The translations under genes and the position numbers were made by a program. Of a stretch of 64,000 nt of DNA, positions 23,001 through 39,100 are shown piece after piece (within the stretch, counting starts at the first letter, position 1; every line of letters starts with the position of its first letter). The notes under the pieces are model-generated. The model saw only the letters and a list, made by a program, of their open reading frames with translations, had not been told where the DNA came from and made no database searches. The stretch comes from Intoshia linei (Eukaryota > Animalia > Orthonectida), in NCBI GenBank assembly GCA_001642005.1, contig LWCA01000052.1:1-64000 (forward strand), in the 5' to 3' direction.

Positions 23001-25546
23001 TTCGTTTTTTATAGAATGCAATCTAGGAAGTTGGTATAATTCCTTTTTTGCTAAATTATAACTAAAGATTTCTAATTTTTTAATAAACACTGAGATAATT
23101 TTGTTGCAGCATATCAGTGTCAAACTATTTTCTATCTTACTTACTACACAGATAATTGGTGTTAGATAATTTATATTTTCAAACTCTTAATAAATTAATT
23201 ATTGTTCAAATTAATTCAATTTTTTCTTATTTGATAAAATTGAAAATTTAATTTGTTGAAAAAAATTAAAAAAATATATTTTTTTTATATATTTTCGCAT
23301 TGGTCAGTAAAAAAGTCGAAATCGCCTACTATTGAGATTGGGAAACACTAATCTAGACTTTATTTATAAAAAAATATTCAAAATTTGAAAAAATGCGTAC
23401 AATTTTCATGTGTTGAATACAACTGATCCACAGTGCAGTCAATCCAAAAATTAATCAATTATAATAGAAAATAATATTTCTAATCTAATCGAAATCTCCT
23501 AAAATTTCGAATTTATTATAAAGTTTAAAGTATAAACTTTATAGGGTAACATTGAAAATTTTTAAAATATTTCTTTAAAAAATTATAATATAATATAAAT
23601 AATAAATTTAAATAAAATTTCCAAAAATCTCAAGATTTGAGTGTAATATTGGCGATTTTAAAAAAAAATTTTTGAAAAAATCGCTTTTTCCAACCAATAC
23701 CGAAAAAATCTCAATATGATTATAATTTTAACATCAATTTGAAAATTTTTTTGAAAAAGTATTATTTCTAATGAATACAGTTAAAATTTCCAAATTTTCT
23801 ATTTTTTAGGGTAACATTGACAATTTTTGAAATATTTCTTTAAAAAAATATTATTTCTAATGAATTTAAATAAAATTTCCAAAAATCTCAAGATTTAAAA
23901 GGGTAATATTAGCGATTTTAAAAAAATTGCTTTTTCCAACCAATACCGAAAAAATATCAAGAAAAGCTCAATATGAGTATAATTTTAAACCTAAATTTTT
24001 TTGAAAAAGTATGATTTCTAATGAATACAGTTAAAATCTCCAAAATTTAAAAAATTTCTTGAAAAAATTACTTTTTCCGTCTAATATAAAAAAGTGGAAG
24101 ATGGGTATAATTTTTAACAATGTTAAAAATTTTTTGTCACACAATATTTCTAAATTTCTAATAATCTTAGATATAATTTACAAAAGTATCAGGTGATTTT
24201 AGATAATATTAACGATTAAAAAAAAAATTTCAAAAAATTATATTTCTAGTGAATACAGTTAAAATTTCCAAAAGGCTCAAATTTACATGGTAAAATGACC
24301 GATTCTATAAAAATGTTATTTCTAATGAATCAAAATAAACCCACAAAAATTTAAAAACAAAAAATAAATATTTATAACCAAAATGAAAAAGTATAATATA
24401 CATTACCGGTAACCGCGTCCACGTTTCTCCGGGATTATTGCAAACATAGTAAATTTTCTTATTAACACCTGACCTCGGATCCTCACGTGGAACATCAACA
24501 GGTGGCTTGTAATCAGATTTAGGTAATTGATCAAACTCATTAGCCTCTTCATTCTCTTCTGCAGTTTCATCATTAACTTCTGCCTCTAAATTATTTGCAT
24601 TTTGATTTTTTGCGTTCTCATCTTCCTCTTCTTCTTCCTCTTCACCTTCTCGATATTCTGCTTCAACAATAATATAATTATTTACCGTTCCCAAAATTTT
24701 TCCCCAAAATCTAACATTTATTATAGGATGTAATTCCACAAGTTTTTTAATTGCTAGCCATATTTGCATAACTTCATTTGAATTAAATCCTACCCCAGCT
24801 TGCTTAAAATAGTAAAAGTTTTCCTGTAAATTTGGTAGTAGTTGTTCAGTTTCTTCATTTACAGCAGAGTCAATTATATCTTCCGTGTTTATTTTATATA
24901 ACTCGATTTGCTTTTCAGCCTTTTCGATGCTTTCTGGTACAGTTTCAATGGGTGTGAGTTTTGAGTCTATTTTCATTCTAAATTTTTTTTCTTCTCTACT
25001 TATATCTTCAAAAATATCTACAACGTCATCAGGTTGTTCATCAAGAGTTCTGGTTATTACATTTACCAAGTGGTCATAAAGTGATAAATCTGAATCTACT
25101 GAGCATTTCATTAAATACGCTTTTGCTCTTAAAAATTCTTCTTCGTCTTCTTGGTCAATGTCGTCTTCTGGTTTAATGTCCACGCCAGTATATACATTTT
25201 CTTCATTATACTCTTCTTTGTCTTTTTCTTCTTCGCCTTCATCTTCAATGGCGTCCATGCCCATTTCGCCTTCTAACGGTGCTTTTTCTACTTGGTCATT
25301 CTCTTTTTTATCTTGAGAAACAGTTTTATCTTTATTTCCATTTTCTTTTAACAATTCACTTGTTTCTGGGTTTTCTTGTTGTAAATCTTCCTTATTAGGT
25401 TCTATATCATCTGATACTACATCTTCTTCTGGAGGATCTTGTACTTTTGTTATTTCTTTTTCATCAACATTTTTAATATTTTCGACATTTTTTACTTCAG
25501 TGTCTTCAGTAGGACTTAATACTTCGACTTCTTCTTTGATAGACAT
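20072..25546 (-). CDS. RSPH4A: Radial spoke head protein 4/6 family; exons about 25546-24407, 22704-21976, 21934-21874, 20100-20072
   Basis: [83 protein letters not shown] and [10 protein letters not shown], with acidic tracts. Confidence 0.92.
22771..23350. mobile_element. hAT (Charlie/Buster-type) non-autonomous element in RSPH intron
   Basis: TIRs cagtgtttcccaa / ttgggaaacacta and an 8-bp TSD atttagac/atctagac. Confidence 0.85.
23540..24335. repeat. Degenerate tandem repeat array
   Basis: Recurring atttctaatgaatacagttaaaatttccaaa, ccaaaaatctcaagattt and gctttttccaaccaataccgaaaaaat. Confidence 0.75.
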
Positions 25547-25678
25547 TTAATCGGTCTGTTTATTATAAATTGCTACGATATTTCGAAAGCCCGATAAATA
25601 AGGTAAATAATGCTTAGATATAAATAACATAATTTAATAATAAATAATACAAATTTTGAAAATATTTTGATTAATTAA

Positions 25679-29136
<3,458 letters not shown>

Positions 29137-31064
29137 TTATGTATTATTTATAATTTATAATTGATACTTTGTGAGACATTGAAATACAATTTAGTTTCAT
29201 AGTAATTTGGATTGTATGTTTCTACAACACATGTTATTTATTGATAAATTAGAAATTTAATTAATTTGATATAATACATAAATATATGTAGTATTTTAAA
29301 ATGTAAATAAAATTGTATTCTTAATTATACAAAGTTGAAGAGTACGTCAAAATTATCTTTCATTAGCACCATTTATTTAATTTATATAGATTCTCATTAA
29401 TTAGGTAAAAATGGAAATTTCACGGTTAAACAAGTAAATAAAATGAAATTATAAATAAAACATCGGTGTCTTTTATGTTTGAATTTGTATAGCTTATCCG
29501 TATCGTATTCCATTAAAATGTAATGCTCATTGAACATTGGTAAAATCAAACTGACTTGTTTTTTATGCAAAATAAAATCAATTTCCATATATAAAATCAA
29601 TTTTAGACATGTTTCAAGTGATGAATTAAAATTTAATAGAAAGTTTTTAAATAATACATTTATTATTGTCATTTTAACATTTTCTTTTGAAAAGTTTTGT
29701 GAATATTATGAACAATTTCCGTACAGTGTAATTTGAACTTTAAAATGAAAAGTTTAAAGTTTAAATGATACATGTATAATTCACTAATTGTTGATTATAA
29801 TAAATAAATAGTGCCATACCAAACTCTCATTAATTTGTTAAATTTTTGATGCATGAAAAAGATGATGCAAGTTACAATTAAGATTTAATCTGGTATCAAG
29901 TAGACATTGGAGTAATGAGTATTTAAATAGTTCACTAAATTAACTAAAATAACTCCACTTTACCCTTTTAACACTTTAAGACTCGAGAACTGCATATGCA
30001 GTTTGGAATGTGAACTTCAAATTTACTTAAACAAACTTTTTAAAAACATATCAATTTTCTTATACATTTTTTCAGGTGACTGTTGAAATTGTGGCATCAT
30101 AAAAAATAAATTTAAAACAAAAAATGTCTGACTACGAAAGTGTCAATACAGTAAATTGATAAAGTCGTTACTTTTTATCTATTTGTCAAACGTGACAAAA
30201 AGAGGCACCTGTAGGTTTTTATAAATTAGTGATATAAAGGAAAAGTTTATGAACTCAATATTGAGGAATAAATTATTGTTTATAAATCATAAATGCAATG
30301 ACATGACATTGCTCTTTAATTGTTTTTTATTGTATGCCATAAAATGTTAAATGAGTTTGTTTGCTTATTTGCATCTTTTGTTGTTTAGATTTGTTAATAG
30401 GTGTAGGACATTGACTTTTATTATCGGTTGGAATTTAATAAACTCATTAATTAACGTATTAATGATGCTAAAAAAGGAATACAAAGTGTAGTCCTATTTA
30501 CATTATAACTTATAATTTATAAGTTATACATTAAATACGACCGACTAAAATTAAATTACAACTAATTCTAACTAACCAACGCTAATTCATAGCACATCAT
30601 CATATAGTCTTATTTTTTACAGTGTATAATTACAAAAATTAAAAAGTGTATATGAAAATGCAGCGTAATAGACAAATGTGGTTATGAGCCGTAAATCTAA
30701 CACAACAACAACATTTAAGCTGAGATAGGAAATGAATCAAGTGTCTATAAATAAAAGAGTACCACCTCAAAACATATAAATAAGTTGCATTGTTTGAGTT
30801 ATAAATGTGACAATTGGATAGTCTACTATAAATAAACCGTCTGCAAAACCTGAGCTATGTGGTAATGTTATTTGTAACATTTAGCAATCGAGATCATAAA
30901 AATCGACACAAAACTAAATTATGATGATTCGCAATGATCTTTCAGGTGTTAATTTAGGATATCCATATGCTCATCCAAAATTGACAATTACAAATATTTT
31001 GTGATTACATCAAATTATTATACCTTGTTGACCAAAATATACCTTATAAAATATTTCCAATATA

Positions 31065-32039
31065 ATGTCAAAACTAACAAAGACTGATTCAAATTCTTCA
31101 ACTGTATCACTCCCCACATCTAAAAAATACATGGAAAAGGGAATTTTACCATTCAAACCTTTTATGGAAGAACTCGACAATATAAAGAGTATGGCTCAAT
31201 CCATGAACCAAATTATTAACGAAGAAGATGTTATCGTTGATTCTCTTAAAAACAAACGAGTCGACTTTTGTAAGTGGAAATCACTTGATAATATCAGAGG
31301 TAACACATTCAATAACGTATTCAACTACAAACATATTTTTGATTCATGTTGTGAAGAACAATCAGATGTGGAGCAAGATTTTTTCAATGTAAAAATTTAC
31401 CAAAAAAGTTTTTTAAAAGAATTTGCTAGTCAGAATGATATTACTTTCTCTGGTTATGAAGCGGATTGTAATTCCAGTATTTCAGAATCAATAATAAATG
31501 ATATTGGTGATTTTGTCGATATTGATGAAATTGATGGTACTGATGACACTGACGAGTTTGTGTCGGAATCAGATTCTGGGTCTAGTTCTTGTAATTCTGA
31601 TTTAGAATTTCGAGAACTTGAATCAGAATATGAATATGATTATGATGAATTGGAAAGCATTTCTGACATTTTTCAAGAATGTGATAATGTGAATTTTACG
31701 AGTGATGGAGGGAGTGAATGTTATAATAAATATTGCAATTTTTATCAATTTGATTCAGATGATGTGTTTCTTGAATCTATGGTACCTGGGAATTTTTTTG
31801 ATATTGGATTAAGTATTAGTTCCGATTCAAATAAATTTAATCAATCTGTTGACCTTTTTACAAAACAACTCAAAAATTTTACATTTAAAAACGAAAAAAA
31901 TAAATCACATGACGTTTATCCAGTACAAACTAATCCACTTGATTTGTCCATTAAAAAGATTGAAAGAAAAAGTCACAATTCTAAAATTCAACATTGTTTG
32001 CTTCAAGAAATTTCAGGTTTGCATTTTAGTTTATATTAG
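31065..32039 (+). CDS. Acidic low-complexity protein of unknown family with RVxF and PxDLS motifs; probably spliced near 32016
   Basis: 324-codon ORF in very AT-rich DNA, Asp/Glu/Ser-rich, containing KNKRVDF and NPLDLSIKK. Candidate donor TCAG|gtttg near the 3' end. Confidence 0.7.
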   Translation: MSKLTKTDSNSSTVSLPTSKKYMEKGILPFKPFMEELDNIKSMAQSMNQIINEEDVIVDSLKNKRVDFCKWKSLDNIRGNTFNNVFNYKHIFDSCCEEQSDVEQDFFNVKIYQKSFLKEFASQNDITFSGYEADCNSSISESIINDIGDFVDIDEIDGTDDTDEFVSESDSGSSSCNSDLEFRELESEYEYDYDELESISDIFQECDNVNFTSDGGSECYNKYCNFYQFDSDDVFLESMVPGNFFDIGLSISSDSNKFNQSVDLFTKQLKNFTFKNEKNKSHDVYPVQTNPLDLSIKKIERKSHNSKIQHCLLQEISGLHFSLY

Positions 32040-32139
32040 GGGTCGAAATCTGTTCTGTGTGGTCGGGTGAGATTTGTTTGTAAAGTTATTTGCAAGTTTT
32101 AGAAAGTTACAATTTTAGGGGTAGTTGTAGTACGGTTAC

Positions 32140-32800
32140 GAAATTTTCTGAAAATACTCAAAAATTAAAAAAATAAAACTTTTAGAATAATTTTTAAATT
32201 TTTAGGAAAAATTTCTACAAAAACATTAAAGCAAAAAAATCAATGAATTTTAACAAAAATTCGAAAAAATAAATATTTTATAGTAATTTTAGCACTGTGA
32301 TGAAATTTTCTTAAAAAAATAAGTTAAATTAATGAATATTCACTATAATTTCAATAAATTGAACTTTGAGGGTAATTTTTTGATTTTTACCACAATTTCT
32401 TAAAAAACAAAAGAATCAATGAATTTTAACAATAATTTTAAATGAAATGATGATGAAAGAGATAAAATTTTCTTAAATAAAAAGATAAATCAATGAATAT
32501 TCACCAAAATTATAAAAAATAAAACTTTAAGAGTAATTTTTTATTTTTACCAAAATTTTTTTAAAAAAATGAAGAATTTTAACCAAAAGTCAAAAAATTA
32601 AATATTTTATTGTAATTTGAGCACCGTCTGATATTTTCAAAAAAGTATTTATATATTCAAATTAATACAACCAAGAATGCAAAAAAATAAAAGCTTTGGG
32701 TAATTTTTAAATTTTTACGAAAATTTCTATAAAAAAATCAGTGAATTTTAACTAAAATTACAAAAAATTAAACTATTAAGGTAATTCCAACATTTTCATA
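32140..32800. repeat. Degenerate AT-rich tandem array
   Basis: Repeated aatcaatgaattttaac, aaaactttaagggtaatttttt and ttttaccaaaattt variants. Confidence 0.7.
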
Positions 32801-35597
32801 AAAATATTAATTGTTTTTGAAAAAAATGTAAATATCTGACAACCGTCATGCATCAATTATTTACCCGGACATTAATGGAACAAGGTTGCCGACCTCTCAT
32901 GTTAAAATTACATAATATATCAATATATCGTATACATAAGTAAATAAACACAATACATAAATAAAGTAAGGATTATTTAATTACATCAAAATACGGTAAA
33001 ACCCTTGATAGCAAACATATATATTATCATTCGATTTTAACTAAAGAATCTGTCAGTATCACTATTCTATATACAATTAGCTAGTTCTGTAATTCATCAA
33101 TCCTATCGATTCATATGCGTTTTTTGTATAATTATATTTTTTAACGGGGTATGAAAACCAATCACCAAGACTTACCACACCGATGACTTACCAAAACCAG
33201 AAAATAAACGTATTGCTTTAAAAAAAATTTGCAGATATATTATACATAATGTAGGTAATTATATTTAAAAACCCATAGCCACCTCTAAACAACTTTCATA
33301 TCGGATTGTTTGATTTATTAAAAAAATTGTTATAAGCATGTTAAATTCCGACAAACAAAAAATTTAGAAAAATATTTTCCAAGATATACCATTTTCTGAC
33401 TGAAGTTTAACATGAGCTATTTAGTATAAACCGCCGTAATTTTATGGGCCAATGTATAATTAAAATTCTTGTAATGAAAAATCAATTTTAATGATTGGTT
33501 GTAATTTAAATGCCTTTATTATATGTATTGTAATATTGTATTTATTGTCCAACCCGATACAGATTATTTGCAAGAAAAATTCAAATTTTCAAAAAAATAA
33601 TTTGTAGTCATTATTATGTTAATTAAAAAAAATGGAGATGATGATAATTTTCATTTTTAAATGTCACTACCGATCTCGACCTAACCTAATTTATTGTTTT
33701 CTAATAAATTTAATTCTTTACTACCTTCTAATAATTATGAAAATTGATAAAATTAAGATGAAAAGATGAAAGAGTATCTGAAAAAAAATCAATTTTAACA
33801 TCTGCTAGTTTGTAATCTAATATATAGCGTTTCACAATATTACCATTAATAACATTACATATTTAAAATTTAGATTTCATTAGCGATCACGATATTTTAA
33901 TTTTGATTTAAAAAATGAAAAATATTTCTGAACCTTTTGTTAGTTTTAACATTTTTATTATAATATCTTGAGAGGAAGCTTAATATCCATGATACAGCCT
34001 GGGAAGCAAAATTAAGACAACTGGATTTATTTGTATTATTTTATGTTTATGTCGTGCTTACTGAGTAATAAAAGTAGTAGTATTTTATTGAAACGTATTT
34101 CCAATTTTATTATAATAAAATCTTTCAGATAATAGGGCATATGTTGGGTTGTCAATCGTACTTTAATTTTATAATACTCCTTTATTCTGAAAACTATGGC
34201 TGATTTAATTATAAGTATAGTCAGTTTAGAAATTTTATTTAACAATTAATTAAGCATCATTTACAATGGGTATTTTAATAGGTAAACTATTAAATATGGT
34301 AATTTTCAAAACGCAATGGTATTTATGTCGACATTGTAAATTTTGCCACATTTATTTAATGTGTAAATTTCAAATCAAGATATACATTTAACAATTTGTA
34401 AAACTAATTTACATTGACGTTATTATAATACAAATCTATTCATGTCCAATGGACATTGTCCATTTATATTCCCAGATGGATTTTAACCGTAGGGTGCAGA
34501 TAGCATCAAAAGACATTTAAACATTAATAAATTGAGATACTTAATATGTATTTAATGTTTTAAAGCATTATTGACGGCGAAATTAGTTTTTATAAACAGT
34601 AAAACCAGAATCATGCGTTGATTTGTTTTACAGTAAAATACATATATAATATACATTGCATGTTTTAGGATGAATGATTTTGCACCTGTTAAATGTGATT
34701 TCCTTTTTATAGAAAATATAGACCAGTATCTGGCACAGTGAATACACTTAAACAAAAAATTTTCATGAATGAATATATTTATATTTTGACGTTAATTTGT
34801 TAAAATTACTACTAAAATTGAATCCAAAAATTATAAATCTAAATTTAATAATTGTATTTGATAGGCAGTGATATATTTAACCATTTAGTCAAATTTAAAA
34901 TATGAACATTAACATTGAAAACACAAAAATGATAGTTTATTGGGTGTAATCTAAACCAATTAAATGTGAATATACGTAAACTATACGCCTGGGGGTTTAT
35001 ACATACAATTGTTATTGTCTAGATTTTATTTTAAATAAGAGTAATTTAGTTAAATGGTCACATCAAATTTAACACGTGCAAAACTATTCAAGCTTAAGCA
35101 TTTATCATTATATAACAACTCAATTGAAGGTTTATATACAAAATTTCACTTTCAAATTCAAGGCACAAAAATGTACTTTTTTTTATTATAAACGCGAATA
35201 TTGTTTACAAAATAGTTATTGGACAAATTTTACAAGTTGGTTTATATTTTAGTCAGATTGATGATTAGTGAATATCGGAAATAACATTAACATTATTATT
35301 TCATTAGTTTTTTCAATTTCGGTACTTGTTTCAAGTCTTAATTTTTTAAAATGTGTATATTTTAATGTCAGTGGGTGAAGATAATTAGCGCTCATCTTCA
35401 ATGATTACAGTTCATCGACTCGATCGACATATTGATAAATGTTATAAATTGTACAAACATTTATAAATAAACATCAAATGATTATAGTATAGTTGTAATT
35501 TTATTTTACAACTTGTAGTGTTTTTTCAATGTTTTAATGAGTTTCAAATTTAGAACCAATAATACAGGATACATATGAAAGAAAATTGAAAAATATA

Positions 35598-35936
35598 ATG
35601 CCATTATCTGTAAGCTCACCGAATTTGCCCAATATATATTATACAAAAACCAAAAGATCAAAATCATGCCCTTCGAGATGTATTGAAGAATATGTAGGGT
35701 CTGAATTGAGAAAGTATGGTGATACGTTTCATGAAGAAATACAAGTAGTTTTTATAAATATTTTTTTTCATGTTCAATTTTAGTCATACGAAAAGATTTC
35801 CAAAATTCAATTATTTCTTGTCACGATTACTGTTGTGTGCATGAACTGTTTCAATGTTTCATTTCAAGTTATTCAATTAATATTTAAAAATGTTGTATTA
35901 ATTATTTTATTATTTTTAAATTATTTTGATTTTTAA
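35598..35936 (+). CDS. Candidate BH3-only protein (BAD-like), exons 35598-35744 and 35784-35936
   Basis: RSKSCP (14-3-3 mode-1 type) directly precedes YVGSELRKYGDTF (BH3 LxxxGDxF). A 39-nt GT-AG intron leads in frame to a hydrophobic C-terminus, and AATAAA follows the stop. The 5' end may extend to an acceptor at 35553. Confidence 0.65.
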
Positions 35937-36181
35937 TAAATATTTTTATATACAAATTCTCATTCGATAATACCAAAAAAAAAAAATAATAGATTTAATT
36001 TCCTAAAATGATTTTAATTTTTGAATATTAAAACGAAGTCAATAGAATATTTTTTTATTTTAAAATCAAATACAAGTACTAAAATTTTTTAATGCTTTCT
36101 AAGTGGGTGTTTTAGACTTAAAAATGATGAAACACTTAATCGAAACGAATATACATGAAACATTTAATGTAATTTACAAAT

Positions 36182-39100
36182 TTATGCAATATGGAATATT
36201 GTTCCAGTTCTAGTTATACCTATTGTTCATAATGTAAAAATTTAATGAAATTGAAAAATACCGTTGAATACGAAAAAATTGTGTATAACAGAATCACTTT
36301 TCGAAATAAACTAAATTTTTGTATATAAATGTATAACGCAAACATTGTAATCGTATTACTTTAATCACATCTGCAGACAAAATTCCCCCAACTATTGAAC
36401 AAATTGAAACCATAGTAATAATAAAATTTCTAAAAATATTGATAAGTCTAAAATAGTAATAAACACAATATTTCGGGTCATTCTTTTTATTCTGACCATT
36501 AATTTTAATTTATAATAGAAAAATAACGTGATCAACACTTTAAATTTTTTTATTTAGAAAAAATCCAAAATAATGAAATTCTTTACTTATTGGAAATTTA
36601 AGACTCATTATTTTAATTGACAACCCTGGATTATGAAACCACTTGTTAGAACATATTCTAAATATTACAGTGTTCCTCGAATACTAGAAAATTAATGAAA
36701 TAATTAAAATGAATGGAAAATGTTTTTATTGCTTGTTCTGAAAAGTAGAAATTAGTATTTATGGTTAGTATTAAATTTTAAAAAGATGTTCTTTAGCTCA
36801 ACCCAGTTCAGTAATTTTTAATGCACTACCCAGCATATATCAAATGTGGATCGATGGAACGAAAGCAGTCCTTATAGAAAATTTTATATAAAATAACTAT
36901 CACTGATACAAAAGATTTTGGAACGTCTGTAATATCCTAATCTTTACAAAATCACCGGTTTAATTCCTTTCAGATTAATACAGAAATAGGGAAGCATTTA
37001 CTTTTCGAAGGCCGCATTAACGTCTCCAAAAAATTTAATAAGGCCACACATTTCTAAATAAAATTTAATCAAATAGAGCAGTGCTTCTCATGGGGTGACT
37101 GGTCACCCAAAATTGTATTATTTTAATATAAGGTGAATACAAAAATTTTCGATAATTGGGGTGAATTATAATTTTTAAGCATATTTTATTCAATTTAGTA
37201 AAATTGTTTGAGAAAAAATCAAAATTTTACCAACCCTTCAGAAAAAAACCGCTTTTACTAATATTTTTCTGAAAAATATCCATTTTACCAAACTTTTAGA
37301 TCAATAACCCTCTATCTCAGGGTATCTTAACCGGGGTGCTAGAATTAATTTCAAAGGTGCTAGAAAAAATATTCTTATTATTTAAATTTTGAATAAAAAT
37401 CTAATTAAACGTATTTTCAAATTGAAATTTACTTTATCACTCAAATAAGTGTATATTGATCTATGCAAAAAATTCGCAAATAGAACAATGAATACGTAAA
37501 GTATGGATTTACTGGGCTTATAGAAATTGGTAAGAATGATAGAGCTCAATGCATGACTGTCATTTTATAATATGTTATTCCAATCTTAAACCTTGTCGTC
37601 TAAACCTAAAACACCTAGAAAAACATTCAAACGATGAAAATACATCGATTGATAATTTTCTCATTAATAGAGCAAGATATGACCAAAAAGGGAAAATAGC
37701 TGTTGTAGAACAAAGTTAGACGTTATGATTTTATCTGAATTTTGGTGTTCACAAATTAATACACATCCTAAACTTTCTAAATTTGGATTGGAAAAAATTA
37801 GCCCTTTTCCAACAACATATCTCTGCGAGAAAGCATTTTCAAGTATAATTAGATCTTATGATAATTAATTTATAATATAGCTATGCTCCACATAAAATCG
37901 AAAACTAAAAATAGATTGGGATAAGTTGTCACACGATATGAGAGTTGCCTTATCTCGAACAAAACCCAGATATGATAAACTTGTTTCCGATAAACAGTAA
38001 CAAAAATCTCACTAATTATATAATCAGTGATGATTCATCACAAATTTATAATGTAAATTAAAATATATTTTTGATTACATAGTTTTGTTGCTTTTATACA
38101 CAAATTATATTCTAGAAAAACATTGGTTTAATTGATACATAATTTAAATCTCATCAAATACAGCATTTATTGATTAGGTTCGATATGGTGATTTTTTAAA
38201 ATCTCAATATAATACGATTTTTAAGTTGAATTTTAAGGTATCATTATATAATTTTTCAGGGATGCTAAGTTTAAAAAAAATTAAGAAACCCTGCTCTATT
38301 TGATCCCAAAAGAAAAAAATCTAATTTCATCAACCCTTAAGGAAAAAACCGCTTTTACCAATATTCTTCTAAAAAATCCCATTTAACCAAAAATTAATAT
38401 TTTAAAAATAATATAATCAATAAAATAGTTTTAAATGAAAAATAATTCAAATTGTTCAGAAGGCCGCACCAAAACGTCAATAAGGCCGCACTTTCCCGAC
38501 CTCTGGTTTAATATTACATTAAATAAACGTAAAAAATGCAAATTACTAGAAATAAACAAAATACCTTTGGAATAAATGTTCATTGAAGAAATCTTTATAT
38601 TCGTTGTAATCTCGTAAAATTATAGTTTTTATCTTTTCTGTTAATTCAACATTGTTTAAATCGGAAATTTTTAATTCTTTGTTAATTTCTGATAAAACTA
38701 GACATACTTATTTATTAGTTAAAATATATACGACAAAATACCAAAATAAAAAAAATTAGATTATCCTAAATTATCCATATTTTACCTTAAACAGCCTGAT
38801 ATATGTTACTTATTGGGCAATAATCGCCACCAATTTTTTAATATAAAAAATTAATTAAATTTGTTATGAAATCAGTTGGTAATCATCGGTCATAGCTTTT
38901 TAAAACAAAAATAACCTTTTTCAAGAATAAAAACAGCATTTTGAGTATATTGCCGTTTACTTTTATTTTTTTTAAGCCATTCTTCAATAGATATTTGGTC
39001 TCGTCTATTGTATTTAATAAGCTAAACATGTAAAAAAATTTAATATGAATTACTTTCAATATTTCTTCATCCTGATCATTAAGTCTAAACAGAAAAATTG

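Noticed and set aside
23540-24335. Repeat-spacer-like periodicity (also 32140-32800) as a CRISPR array
   Set aside because: Units are degenerate and irregular, the spacers are themselves repeated, there are no cas genes, and the context is eukaryotic.
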